Shown here: piece after piece, positions 1 through 9,421 of the stretch | How the letters are laid out: every line of letters begins with the position of its first letter | Position numbering within the stretch: the stretch's first letter is position 1 | DNA from: an uncultured Gammaproteobacteria bacterium | Lineage (GTDB): Bacteria > Patescibacteriota > Microgenomatia > Levybacterales > UBA12049 | Assembly (NCBI GenBank): GCA_964512695.1 | Contig: CAZEJU010000001.1 | Span: 71,803-135,802, forward strand | Length of the DNA stretch: 64,000 bases | Direction of reading: 5' to 3' | Translations under genes and position numbers: made by a program | Notes under the pieces: model-generated | Databases searched by the model: none | What the model saw: the letters and a program-made list of their open reading frames with translations, nothing else | What the model was told of the DNA's origin: nothing

Positions 1-9
1 CCCAAAAGC

Positions 10-1209
10 ATGATGAAAGTTCTTCTTTTAGAAAATATTCATCCAATAGCAAAAGAGTTATTGGAATCAGAAGGGTATACTGTAGAAGCTCTTAAGAGAG
101 CCCTTACGAAAGATGAACTGAAAGAGAAAATAAAAGACGTTTCTATTTTAGGTATTCGTTCAAAAACTGAAATTTCAGAAGAAATTATTCAAGAAGCACA
201 AAAACTGTTAGCCATTGGGGTTTTCGCGATAGGCACGAACCAGGTAAATCTTCAAGCATGTTCCCAAAAGGGAATTGCCGTTTTTAATGCCCCATATAGT
301 AATACAAGAAGTGTTGTGGAGCTGACTTTTGGAAGTATTATCATGCTCTACAGAAAAGCTTTTGATAAAAGCATGAAATTACATAAAGGAATTTGGGAGA
401 AGTCAGCAAAAGGGTCTCATGAGGTCCGAGGGAAAAAATTAGGCATAGTCGGTTACGGAAATATAGGATCGCAATTATCTGTGGTCGCTGAGAGTTTCGG
501 CATGGATGTTTATTTTTACAATACGAGTGAGACGCTTGCTTTAGGAAACGCAAAAGCATGCAAATCCCTGGAAGAATTATTAAGAATAGCTGATGTTGTA
601 ACAATTCATGTCGATGGAAGGAAAAGTAATAAGGACTTAATTTCGGAAAGAGAGTTTTCACTCATGAAAGATGGCGTTATCTTTCTGAACTTGAGTAGGG
701 GATTTGTAGTAGATATCGATGCGTTAGTCGCACATATTAAAAATGGCAAAATTGCTGGAGCTGCTATTGATGTATTTCCGAAAGAGCCAAAAAGTAATGA
801 TGAATCATTTTTATCTCCTTTACAAAATCTACCAAATGTCATTTTAACCCCGCATCATGGTGCAGGAACAGAGGAAGCCCAAGAGAATATAGCTCGCTTC
901 GTCCCAAGTAAACTTAAAAACTTTATCGATACAGGAAATACAACGCTGAGCGTTAATTTTCCAGAGATCCAGCTTCCAGAACTTACCGAAGCCCACCGAT
1001 TTATTCATATACATCTGAATAAGCCTGGAATCTTGGCACAAATTAACAATATTTTTGCCAGAAATAAGATTAATATAGAAGGACAATATTTAAAAACTAA
1101 TGAAGATATTGGCTACGTAATTACTGATGTTAATAAAAACTATAGTAAAAAAGTTATCAGCGAGTTAAAATCAATACCAGAGACAATAAGAGTAAGAGTA
1201 CTCTATTAA
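10..1209 (+). CDS. serA: D-3-phosphoglycerate dehydrogenase with C-terminal ACT domain
   Basis: GIRSKT, GTNQV, NAPYSNTRSV, GIVGYGNIG, N-x-SRG, DVFPKEP, LTPH motifs; ACT tail HxNKPGILAQIN. Confidence 0.95.
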   Translation: MMKVLLLENIHPIAKELLESEGYTVEALKRALTKDELKEKIKDVSILGIRSKTEISEEIIQEAQKLLAIGVFAIGTNQVNLQACSQKGIAVFNAPYSNTRSVVELTFGSIIMLYRKAFDKSMKLHKGIWEKSAKGSHEVRGKKLGIVGYGNIGSQLSVVAESFGMDVYFYNTSETLALGNAKACKSLEELLRIADVVTIHVDGRKSNKDLISEREFSLMKDGVIFLNLSRGFVVDIDALVAHIKNGKIAGAAIDVFPKEPKSNDESFLSPLQNLPNVILTPHHGAGTEEAQENIARFVPSKLKNFIDTGNTTLSVNFPEIQLPELTEAHRFIHIHLNKPGILAQINNIFARNKINIEGQYLKTNEDIGYVITDVNKNYSKKVISELKSIPETIRVRVLY

Positions 1210-1290
1210 TTAAAAGTCAAAAGGTAAAAATTAAAAGTCTTTTGCAAGTGAACTCTTAACTTTTGACTTTTGACTTTTAACTTTTAATTA
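1210..1290. repeat. Heptamer inverted-repeat element, (TTAAAAG/TCAAAAG)n - spacer - (CTTTTGA/CTTTTAA)n
   Basis: Read directly between the serA stop and serC start. Confidence 0.85.
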
Positions 1291-1295
1291 AACCT

Positions 1296-2363
1296 ATGGT
1301 CTATTTCACGCCTGGTCCATCACAACTCTATCCGACAGTTAAAGGTCATATTCTTAAAGCTTTAGAAGACGACATTCCCTCGTTATCTCACAGAAGTGAA
1401 AAGTTTCATGAATTTGTTAAAGACTCCTATATTTCTTTGCGCAAACTACTTTCAATACCTGAAGATTACTCTATTTTTTACACAGCTTCTGCAACTGAAG
1501 CCATGGAAAGAATTATCGAAAATTGCGTAGCAAAGAAAAGTTTTCACTTCGTGAATGGTTCATTTGCAAAAAGATTTTACCAAATCGCTAAAGATTTAAA
1601 AAAAGAACCTGAAGCAAAGTTTTTCGACGTTGGAAAAGCTTTTAACTGTAGTGATGTATCGATACATAGAAACACTGAGTTGATTGCAATTACGCAAACA
1701 GAAACAAGTGGAGGAGTTTCAATACCCTTAAAAGATATATATGCACTTCGTAAACAGCATCCTCAAGCACTCATTACAATCGATATTGTTTCTTCTATAC
1801 CCTATGTGAACTTAGATTATTCAAAATTAGATTGTATTTTTTTCTCTGTACAAAAAGGCTTCGGATTACCTGCTGGTCTGGGAATTCTCATTGTAAGCCC
1901 TCGAGCTATGGATAAGGCCTTATTTCTCATGCAAAAGGGTTTTAATGTGGGAAGCTATCATAAGTTTCATACATTAAAAGAACAAGGGGACAAGTTTCAA
2001 ACTATTGAGACACCAAATGTCTTAGGCATATTTTTATTTCATAAAGTTTTACAAGATTTCTTAGAAGTAGGTATAGAAACAATCAGAAAACAAACTGAAG
2101 AAAAAGCAACGACACTCTATGATTTTTTTGATAATCATAGGACGCTTCAACCTTTTGTGTCAGAAAAAAAATATCGTTCGAAAACGGTAGTCATTATCGG
2201 AACACCTGATGGATCGAAACCTATTCTAGCTAAACTAAAAGAGCATGGATACGTCGTAGGATCAGGGTATGGAGAGATGAAAGAAAACCAAATCCGCATA
2301 GCTAACTTTCCAGCACATAGTACCAATGATATGAAACACTTACTCCAAGCTATTCCTCAATAA
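1296..2363 (+). CDS. serC: Phosphoserine aminotransferase (class V PLP enzyme)
   Basis: YFTPGPSQ, SHRS, TETSGG, DIVSS, SVQKGFGLPAGLG, TPNV, RIANFP; adjacent to serA. Confidence 0.88.
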   Translation: MVYFTPGPSQLYPTVKGHILKALEDDIPSLSHRSEKFHEFVKDSYISLRKLLSIPEDYSIFYTASATEAMERIIENCVAKKSFHFVNGSFAKRFYQIAKDLKKEPEAKFFDVGKAFNCSDVSIHRNTELIAITQTETSGGVSIPLKDIYALRKQHPQALITIDIVSSIPYVNLDYSKLDCIFFSVQKGFGLPAGLGILIVSPRAMDKALFLMQKGFNVGSYHKFHTLKEQGDKFQTIETPNVLGIFLFHKVLQDFLEVGIETIRKQTEEKATTLYDFFDNHRTLQPFVSEKKYRSKTVVIIGTPDGSKPILAKLKEHGYVVGSGYGEMKENQIRIANFPAHSTNDMKHLLQAIPQ

Positions 2364-2389
2364 CTTTCATTCTCCCCTTACTTTTTCCC

Positions 2390-2575
2390 TGATGTCCCGT
2401 TTAAACCAGATCCAACGTGGATTATTATACGTAGCCTCCATCTTTTAATATAAGACGTGAACTGATATCATCGTCCTATAGCTTCAACCCACAACTTCCT
2501 GATCCTACGTGTACGAATAGAATATTGTTCAGTTCACAGAAGTAGGATCAAAACCTCCCTTGCAACCGAAGCTAG
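2390..2575 (-). ncRNA. Candidate structured non-coding RNA (long G-U-containing hairpin plus further stems)
   Basis: Minus strand: UAGCUUCGGUU/GGUUGAAGCUA, UUUUGAUCCUAC/GUAGGAUCAGGA and UAGGACG/CGUCUUA pairings; wobble pairs work only on the minus strand. Confidence 0.4.
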
Positions 2576-2596
2576 AATAAGGTAAAATACGATAGT

Positions 2597-2680
2597 AATT
2601 GAGAATTGAAAGTTGAGAATTGAGAAATAAGTAATACATTTCTTCATAACTCTCAACTCTCCATTCTCAACTCTCAATTT
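2597..2680. repeat. Heptamer inverted-repeat element, (TTGAGAA/TTGAAAG)n ... (CTCTCAA/TTCTCAA)n
   Basis: Read directly upstream of rpmF. Confidence 0.85.
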
Positions 2681-2684
2681 AAAT

Positions 2685-2876
2685 ATGCCACACGAACCAA
2701 AGAAAAGACATTCGAGAGCGCGACAAGGAAAAAGAAGAGCAAGTATTAAGCTCGAAGTTCCAACCTTAACAACGTGCAGTAACTGCAACAGTAAGGTACT
2801 ATTTCATACTGTGTGCGCAAATTGTGGTTATTACAAAGGAACTCAGGTTATAGTTAAGAAGGAAGCGGCTAAGTAA
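2685..2876 (+). CDS. rpmF: 50S ribosomal protein bL32 (Zn-binding form)
   Basis: PKKRHSRARQGKRR; CxxC ... H-x-V-CxxCGYYKG. Confidence 0.95.
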   Translation: MPHEPKKRHSRARQGKRRASIKLEVPTLTTCSNCNSKVLFHTVCANCGYYKGTQVIVKKEAAK

Positions 2877-2913
2877 ACCAATTGTGTATTCTGAACTTGT
2901 TTTTCGAGAGTAA

Positions 2914-3000
2914 TAATTCAGAATGTAAAGTTCAGAATTCAGAATGAAATGTACAAATAACTATTATACATATTATTCTGAATTAATAATTCTGAATTCT
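2914..3000. repeat. Heptamer inverted-repeat element, (TTCAGAA)n ... (TTCTGAA)n
   Basis: Read directly between rpmF and nusB. Confidence 0.75.
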
Positions 3001-3071
3001 ACATCTGCATATCAGAACAAGCTCATCTTAATTGTTTACTTCTAGTATAGATTTAAAGTATAGTTATAGGT

Positions 3072-3431
3072 ATGAAGACATCGTCTGATCCTCGTCATAA
3101 ACGTCGCCAACATATAGTACAGGAATTATTTAAAGTCGACTTTTATACGCAGCCGATAGATACAATTGCCAAACCAATTATAGAAAATAAACAACTGATT
3201 GATGAAAGAATCCAACAAGCTGCTCCTGAGTTTCCAATAGAAAAAATTAATAAAATAGATTTAGCAATATTACGTTTAGCTGTATTTGAATTACTAATAG
3301 AAAAAAAAGAACCTGCAAACGTTATTATTGATGAAGCTATAGAACTAGCAAAAGAATTTTCAGGCGATACAAGTCCAGCGTTTGTCAATGGGGCACTTGG
3401 AAATATAATACAACATGATAAATCTTCCTAA
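3072..3431 (+). CDS. nusB: Transcription antitermination factor NusB
   Basis: IDLAILRLAVFEL, VIIDEAIELAKEF, FVNGALG. Confidence 0.93.
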   Translation: MKTSSDPRHKRRQHIVQELFKVDFYTQPIDTIAKPIIENKQLIDERIQQAAPEFPIEKINKIDLAILRLAVFELLIEKKEPANVIIDEAIELAKEFSGDTSPAFVNGALGNIIQHDKSS

Positions 3432-4077
3432 TTTCAATAATAAAGATCTCTTACGGCAGGCGTTTATACACCGCTCATATCTTAATGAAACAAGAGAAAA
3501 ATTATCATCGAATGAACGTCTTGAATTTTTAGGAGATAGTATTTTATCATTTGTAACTTCTGAGCATCTTTATAAAACGTATCCTCAGTTTAACGAAGGC
3601 TTATTAACAAATATTCGTTCTCTTGTGGTTAACACAAAGAGTCTAGCAAATATAGCGAAAGAATATGACTTTGGAAAAAACTTAATGCTTTCACGTGGTG
3701 AGGAAGAATCTAAGGGTAGAGAAAATGAATCTTTACTAGCAAATTCTGTAGAAGCATTCATCGGAGCATTGTATTTAGACCAAGGAATTGACCCCGTCAG
3801 ACAATTTATACTTGGTATTTTAGTGCCTAAGATAGAAGCTATTGTCCAAAAGAAAGCGTTTAAAGATCCAAAAAGTATGCTCCAGGAATATGTCCAGGCA
3901 CAAAAGCAAAATTCCCCTGTCTATAAAGTGCTTTTGGAGGATGGCCCACCTCATGCAAGAACTTTCACGATCGGAGTATTCATTCAGGATAAACAACTCG
4001 GCCAAGGAACAGGTAAATCCAAACAAGAAGCAGAAGAAAATGCTGCAAAACAAGCACTTGAACAGATTGATAAATAA
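3415..4077 (+). CDS. rnc: Ribonuclease III
   Basis: HRSY, NERLEFLGDSIL, EAFIGALYLD, C-terminal dsRBD. Confidence 0.97.
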   Translation: MINLPNFNNKDLLRQAFIHRSYLNETREKLSSNERLEFLGDSILSFVTSEHLYKTYPQFNEGLLTNIRSLVVNTKSLANIAKEYDFGKNLMLSRGEEESKGRENESLLANSVEAFIGALYLDQGIDPVRQFILGILVPKIEAIVQKKAFKDPKSMLQEYVQAQKQNSPVYKVLLEDGPPHARTFTIGVFIQDKQLGQGTGKSKQEAEENAAKQALEQIDK

Positions 4078-4141
4078 GCACTCTGTCGGGCAACTAAAGT
4101 GAGCCTTGAGAAAATAGTCTAATTTTGTTAAAATACAACCT

Positions 4142-4375
4142 ATGGCACTTGTAATACGATCCATGAGAATGGGTAAAAAAGGAGAAAGAAAATTTCGCGT
4201 TGTTGTGAAAGAGAAAAGAAGCCGACGCGATGGAGATTTTGTGGAACTTTTAGGTTGGTATGAAAAAGGAAAACCTGCATATAAAAAAGAAATTAATATG
4301 GATAGGTATAATTACTGGGTTTCCAAAGGAGCATTACCAAGCGACACGGTTAGAAAACTGACTTCATCCGCATAA
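4142..4375 (+). CDS. rpsP: 30S ribosomal protein bS16
   Basis: RMGKK, RVVV, RRDG, ELLGWY, YWVSKGALPSDTV. Confidence 0.95.
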   Translation: MALVIRSMRMGKKGERKFRVVVKEKRSRRDGDFVELLGWYEKGKPAYKKEINMDRYNYWVSKGALPSDTVRKLTSSA

Positions 4376-4406
4376 ATCAGCTTTCAAAACAGTGTTTATC
4401 AATTAC

Positions 4407-4658
4407 ATGAAGGATACACTACAATTTATTATTACCTCTATAGTTCAGCATCCAGAAGCAGTGAGTATTACCGAAGAAGAAATAGACGGTGTTATAACGT
4501 TTACAATTTCCTCCGATCCGACTGACATAGGTAAGATAATCGGCAAAGAAGGAAAAATCATAAGGGCAATCCGAAACGCCATGAAGATTCCTGCTATTAA
4601 AGAAGGAAAAAGAATTAATATCAGCCTCGCAGAGACAGCTCAGACAACCGCACAATGA
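4407..4658 (+). CDS. khpA: KH domain RNA-binding protein
   Basis: DIGKIIGKEGKIIRAIR; conserved position after rpsP; ATG at 4407 preferred. Confidence 0.88.
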   Translation: MKDTLQFIITSIVQHPEAVSITEEEIDGVITFTISSDPTDIGKIIGKEGKIIRAIRNAMKIPAIKEGKRINISLAETAQTTAQ

Positions 4659-4723
4659 TCGTCTCATTTCGAATAATATGAGCATCTACTCAGGATCTCA
4701 CTATGTTCGAGTTGACAAAATAT

Positions 4724-5434
4724 ATGAAAATAACGATTCTCACACTTTTCCCAGAAATGTTTGCAGGCCCATTTGACCATTCAATTATTAAAAGGGCACA
4801 AGAAAAAAAGCTTGTATCTATTGAATTCTGTAATATCCGGGATTTCGGCATAGGAAAACACAAACTTGTAGATGATACGCCATATGGTGGGGGAATCGGC
4901 ATGGTAATGCGTGCGGATGTTATCGCAAATGCTATTCAACATGTTAAAAAAACTTTCACGCAAACACATCCTGACGGAAAACAATACATCATTCTCATGA
5001 GCGCACGGGGTAAGACCTTTACTCAACAAATGGCTCAAGAATACACGCGTTACGACCATATCATTATTATTTGTGGACACTATGAAGGAGTGGATGAAAG
5101 AATTATTCACTTTATTGATGCGGAGATATCAATAGGTGATTTTATACTAACAGGCGGAGAACTTCCTAGCATGCTTATTACAGACGCTGTAGTGCGTTTA
5201 TTACCGGGAGTTTTAAAAAAAGGTGCTACAGAACATGAATCTTTTACTTATAACGTTGATAATCAAGAAATACTCGAATTTCCTCAATATACGAAACCTT
5301 CTACCTTCGATTCATATGACGTACCACCGGTACTTCTCTCAGGTAACCATAAAGTAATAGAGGAGTGGAGGAAAAAACAAGCAACAGCTCATACAAAAAA
5401 AAATAGAAGTGATTTAATAGAAAAAAATACATGA
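4724..5434 (+). CDS. trmD: tRNA (guanine37-N1)-methyltransferase
   Basis: TLFPEMF, DDTPYGGG, CGHYEGVDER, SIGDFILTGGE, VLLSGNH. Confidence 0.97.
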   Translation: MKITILTLFPEMFAGPFDHSIIKRAQEKKLVSIEFCNIRDFGIGKHKLVDDTPYGGGIGMVMRADVIANAIQHVKKTFTQTHPDGKQYIILMSARGKTFTQQMAQEYTRYDHIIIICGHYEGVDERIIHFIDAEISIGDFILTGGELPSMLITDAVVRLLPGVLKKGATEHESFTYNVDNQEILEFPQYTKPSTFDSYDVPPVLLSGNHKVIEEWRKKQATAHTKKNRSDLIEKNT

Positions 5435-6115
5435 CTACTCAGTTGAAGCAGACCATACACGAAGTGTATTAAGAAGTTCTTTATCTTGCTGATTTAACTG
5501 TGTTAATGATACTGAATCAATTATCTTCAAGTCTGGAAATTCCTTAATGTAGAATGTTAATGATATAACAGCTTTCCCAGCAGAATACTCTATACTTTCT
5601 AATTTCGCTATAGGCAACTTCGTTTCAGACTCTTTAATAAAAGCATTAATATCATCTATAGTGCCATCTACACCAAATTTTATAGTTATTGGTGATACTT
5701 TTACAGTAGAAGGACTGCCGTCTTTGGATACCTCACCTATAGAAAATGTATAATCATCAATTCCTATTCTGCTAGTTAAAGCCATTTTTCCAATCGCTTG
5801 AAGTATTCCTATAAAATCTCTCTCATGAGGTAAAGCTTTCGTGGCAACTGAATACTCTTCATTTATTTGAACGTTATTCATATTACGTAGCAATCGACTA
5901 TTTTCTTGCATAACAGTAATGCGATCTTGGGTTTCCCGAATTTCGTTCTGGATAGAAAACCAATTTTGGAAATGAGGTAAAACAAAAAAGCCGAATAACA
6001 ATAAGCTAATCAATATAATAAAAGCAGGAGCAACTATCGGGTAATACGATGAATAACGAAATTGATTAAAAGCTAAACTTAGATTTCTGATGATGTAACG
6101 TAACTCATTATTCAT
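5435..6115 (-). CDS. PilO-like type IV pilus alignment protein
   Basis: Single TM helix, coiled coil, C-terminal alpha/beta domain; follows pilM-pilN. Confidence 0.65.
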   Translation of the reverse strand: MNNELRYIIRNLSLAFNQFRYSSYYPIVAPAFIILISLLLFGFFVLPHFQNWFSIQNEIRETQDRITVMQENSRLLRNMNNVQINEEYSVATKALPHERDFIGILQAIGKMALTSRIGIDDYTFSIGEVSKDGSPSTVKVSPITIKFGVDGTIDDINAFIKESETKLPIAKLESIEYSAGKAVISLTFYIKEFPDLKIIDSVSLTQLNQQDKELLNTLRVWSASTE

Positions 6116-6648
6116 ACTTGATTAAACTCCATAACCATTGCGTAACGCTGTAATTCTCCTTCAAAGTAAATATTGTTAAGGATTATAGACCGAAACTTTT
6201 TATCTGTAACATTACTCTGTAGAATCGATGCCATAAAACTATCAAGCTGTTCTAATGAAACACTGGAAAGTTTAACGGTTATTTGCTTACCTCTAATTTT
6301 GACAGAATCTATAACAACGTTTCCTGGAATTCTGTTTTGGAAAGACTGAATAATATCTGCATATAGTGGACGTTCTTTTATCAAAGTATCTATTTGGACT
6401 AAACGTTCTTTTGTTAAGATCATTTTTCCCATTGTAGCGTGATGAACCTTAAGTTTTTCTACTTCTTCCTTTTCTCTTTGCTGTAGCGCTGGAAGCGGAG
6501 ATAGAGCTATAAGTATAAACAATATAATGGAAAAAAAAGAGACGATAAACAGACAACTAAAAGCAACAATACGAAAAAAAAGTGTGTTTTTTGATAATGG
6601 AACTTGCTCTGTTTGATTGTTTTGTAATAAATTAATGTTCTCTCTCAT
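6112..6648 (-). CDS. PilN-like type IV pilus alignment protein
   Basis: TM helix plus coiled coil; overlaps the pilM stop. Confidence 0.65.
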   Translation of the reverse strand: MRENINLLQNNQTEQVPLSKNTLFFRIVAFSCLFIVSFFSIILFILIALSPLPALQQREKEEVEKLKVHHATMGKMILTKERLVQIDTLIKERPLYADIIQSFQNRIPGNVVIDSVKIRGKQITVKLSSVSLEQLDSFMASILQSNVTDKKFRSIILNNIYFEGELQRYAMVMEFNQV

Positions 6649-7670
6649 ATATCTTTGATTGCTAACCCAATACCGATACTATATTCAGGCCCGTGTTCGG
6701 TAAGCGGTGGTGGAACATCTTTTATATGTAACGTTTTCCATGGATTAGCAACTACAGTTTCAATGCCTGTCTGCTGTACGAAAACTGGAATAATACCTGG
6801 TAGCTTTGCAGTTCCACCCGTTAGTATTATCTGTTTTATAGGATGATCATCTTTATATTTATCCAGATAGTAAGAAATAGCTTTTTTAATCTCTCCGATC
6901 AATGAAAGTAAAATAGGCTCAATAGCAACCCGAATTTTCCCGCCAAAGTTTTTCTCTTCGAGACCATATGTTTTTTTATATTCTTCCGCCTGTTCAGCAT
7001 TAAATGAAAATTCATTGGCAATACTCCTATTCATAGCGATACCTCCCAAAGGTACAGAGTAAAGAAAGACAAGCACACCTTTTTGGACAATAGCCAATGA
7101 TGAACCCAAACCACCTATATTTACTACAAGTGATGTGGGAAATTGATCTGAAACATCGAGCGAACGAATAACAGAAAGCATTTCAGGTTCTACGCTACCA
7201 ATATTTATGCCTGCTAACTCCATAATTTTTTGGTACTTTGAAAGAAGACTTATCGTCGCTCCTACTAATAAAACCTGCATTTTTGATTTATTATCATAGA
7301 ATACACCCCTACGTAACACATGCCAATCAATATTAATTGTAGAGAGGGGAACAGGTATGTGCTGTTCAGCCTCCCAGTAAATTGCGCTTGCAAGTTCTTT
7401 ATCTGAAAGAAAAGGCATGTCAATTACTTTTGCAAAAACTTGATTATCCGGAATAGAAAGATGAGCAGTGCGGGACTGTATTTTACCATCAAGAATCATT
7501 TTTCGAATCGACTGAGCTATTTCCTCTTGATCTAAAAAGGCATCTGACTGAATGCCATTTGCAGGAGTTTTAGCAATAATTGAAGATTTAAATAATACAT
7601 CATTACCTCTCCTCTCAAGGTAGACTGCCTTCATTGTTGAGTAACCTATATCTAACCCGAATGTATTCAT
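6645..7670 (-). CDS. pilM: Type IV pilus assembly protein PilM
   Basis: GLDIG, WEAEQHIP, VNIGG, LTGGTAKLPG, ANPW, IGIGLA (actin-like fold). Confidence 0.92.
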   Translation of the reverse strand: MNTFGLDIGYSTMKAVYLERRGNDVLFKSSIIAKTPANGIQSDAFLDQEEIAQSIRKMILDGKIQSRTAHLSIPDNQVFAKVIDMPFLSDKELASAIYWEAEQHIPVPLSTINIDWHVLRRGVFYDNKSKMQVLLVGATISLLSKYQKIMELAGINIGSVEPEMLSVIRSLDVSDQFPTSLVVNIGGLGSSLAIVQKGVLVFLYSVPLGGIAMNRSIANEFSFNAEQAEEYKKTYGLEEKNFGGKIRVAIEPILLSLIGEIKKAISYYLDKYKDDHPIKQIILTGGTAKLPGIIPVFVQQTGIETVVANPWKTLHIKDVPPPLTEHGPEYSIGIGLAIKDI

Positions 7671-7765
7671 AAAAAGAATTTAAAAAGAAATAGATAATAT
7701 GCAAAGTGTTAATTATTTGATGGTAAATCAATTTCTCAAATCCAACTTCCCATTCTTAAGTCCAG

Positions 7766-8620
7766 TTATCTTGGTAAAAAAAGTGTATAGTTAAAAACTT
7801 CAGCTGGTAAGAGCGGATGTTCTTGTAAAACTGATACTTTTCTTTTTACTTCTCCTGCAGTTCCAGTTGACTCAATAACCGTTCCTTGAGGGGGAAGTGC
7901 AGGACTACTTTGTATACCCAAGTAACTATTAGCGTATAAAGGAATTACCCGGGCTATTAAACCAGTACCCGCTGGTATAGAGATTGTAACGTTATATGCG
8001 AATGATTTGCCAGCAGCTGTACCTCCTAACTGTGGCGCGGAAAAATTATTACTATTCCTTCTTACATCGCAGGGATCATACGCATATCGAGCGGATGACG
8101 GATTATTCCGAGTACCGGTAAAAACAATCAATTCGATTGCTGCCATGCTATTTCCTCCTCCAGATGACGTTCCTTCTACTGGAGAACAGGTATCTGTAGA
8201 TGACCCCCAAAATAATGTCAGAGTTCCTCCCCATGGATTAGTGTAAAGCTGACTTGTATTTGAAGAATATTCAGAAAGCCAAATATCAGCTCCTTCATCT
8301 TTAAATACTAACTTTCCATTATTCAGAAGAAACTCTGTGCCACTTAACTGGCGCTTGGAGGTTGAGAAAGAAGTATTATTAGAAAAAGTACCATTCGGAA
8401 TTTCCTGGTTAGCTATAATAGTTTGTTCTATACCTGCTTCAGCTGCTGATAATGCTTTTTGAGATTGATCTTCTTCAGTTGTCAATTTTACATTAACAAT
8501 ACTCCGCGTAAAAAGAGAAAGTGAAACTGTTAACACAACAGTTATAATTAAGACAACGACGAGAAGTACTTGCCCTCTTTCGTAAACTTCTAATTCTTTT
8601 TTATTACATTTTATATTCAT
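7766..8620 (-). CDS. PilX-like minor pilin
   Basis: ERGQVLLVVVL class III signal lacking Glu5; ALSAAEAGIE motif. Confidence 0.75.
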   Translation of the reverse strand: MNIKCNKKELEVYERGQVLLVVVLIITVVLTVSLSLFTRSIVNVKLTTEEDQSQKALSAAEAGIEQTIIANQEIPNGTFSNNTSFSTSKRQLSGTEFLLNNGKLVFKDEGADIWLSEYSSNTSQLYTNPWGGTLTLFWGSSTDTCSPVEGTSSGGGNSMAAIELIVFTGTRNNPSSARYAYDPCDVRRNSNNFSAPQLGGTAAGKSFAYNVTISIPAGTGLIARVIPLYANSYLGIQSSPALPPQGTVIESTGTAGEVKRKVSVLQEHPLLPAEVFNYTLFLPR

Positions 8621-8663
8621 CTCTCTTATGGTAACAATCATCTAATATATATGTCAACGTTTG

Positions 8664-9242
8664 CTACTTCGCATTTCTCATAGTCACCGAAGATTGAAAA
8701 ATAACCGAAGAAGGGTCATCCAGAAAAGATGTCTTCACTATTTTATCTATAGTAAAACTCACACCAATAGTATAAGGATTATCCGAAGCTGACTGGGTAC
8801 ATGTAAATGTGCAAGCAGTCATCTGATATGTAGTGTTATCAATAAGCGAAGCGCTATTCGAAGCAACTGTTTGAGGATTACCACCGCATGAAAAAGTTGT
8901 CTGACCACCGTCAAGTGCAGTAAATCTAACATATCTATATGTGGTTAGGGAACTTGATGATGGAAGTTGACAAACTTTCGTATACGTAACATTATCGTTA
9001 CTGACACCATCAAATAATTCCGCGTACTGTAGCATTTTTGTCATCTGCGTTATCGCGTAATTACCATTTTGTTTTATAGTTTCTAAATTATTTATTTTCT
9101 TAACACTTCTAAGTGAAATAAAAAAAACAGCGGCAATGGTAGAAGTGACTGTGGCAAGTACCACTAAAGAAATAAGTAATTCAACCAAGGTGAAACCTTT
9201 CTGAATTGAGAATGGAGAATTGAGAATGGAGAATTTTTTCAT
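8664..9242 (-). CDS. Minor pilin (PilW-like); its leader is encoded by a heptamer repeat
   Basis: KGFTLVELL cleavage/methylation motif; leader FSILNSPFSI is the translated repeat. Confidence 0.85.
   Translation of the reverse strand: MKKFSILNSPFSIQKGFTLVELLISLVVLATVTSTIAAVFFISLRSVKKINNLETIKQNGNYAITQMTKMLQYAELFDGVSNDNVTYTKVCQLPSSSSLTTYRYVRFTALDGGQTTFSCGGNPQTVASNSASLIDNTTYQMTACTFTCTQSASDNPYTIGVSFTIDKIVKTSFLDDPSSVIFQSSVTMRNAK
9201..9236. repeat. Heptamer array (TTGAGAA/TGGAGAA)n inside the prepilin leader
   Basis: ctgaattgagaatggagaattgagaatggagaatt. Confidence 0.85.
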
Positions 9243-9421
9243 TTATTTTTCTTTTTTGCTGATTTAATACTAAGAACAAGAATCGAAATAATTTCATCAC
9301 ATTCTTTCATCTCAGATATACCATCCTTAACAGGTAATAAGTTAGAGTCTGTGATTATTTGTAACCAATATAAAGTTTCTTTTGCTTCTCTAAGAGCAAT
9401 GCTCAATTTATATTCCTCCAT
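9239..9421 (-). pseudogene. C-terminal remnant of a four-helix-bundle protein (TIGR02436 / 23S-IVP / Avd-like family)
   Basis: YKLSIALREAKETLYWLQII...ECDEIISILVLSIKSAK resembles the family C-terminal half; N-terminal half absent. Confidence 0.7.

Noticed and set aside
2390-2575. tmRNA, SRP RNA or RNase P
   Set aside because: No tRNA-like ends, SRP domain IV motif or RNase P P4 consensus recognisable
9239-9421. Diversity-generating retroelement acting on pilins
   Set aside because: Only an Avd-like fragment; no reverse transcriptase or TR/VR pair seen
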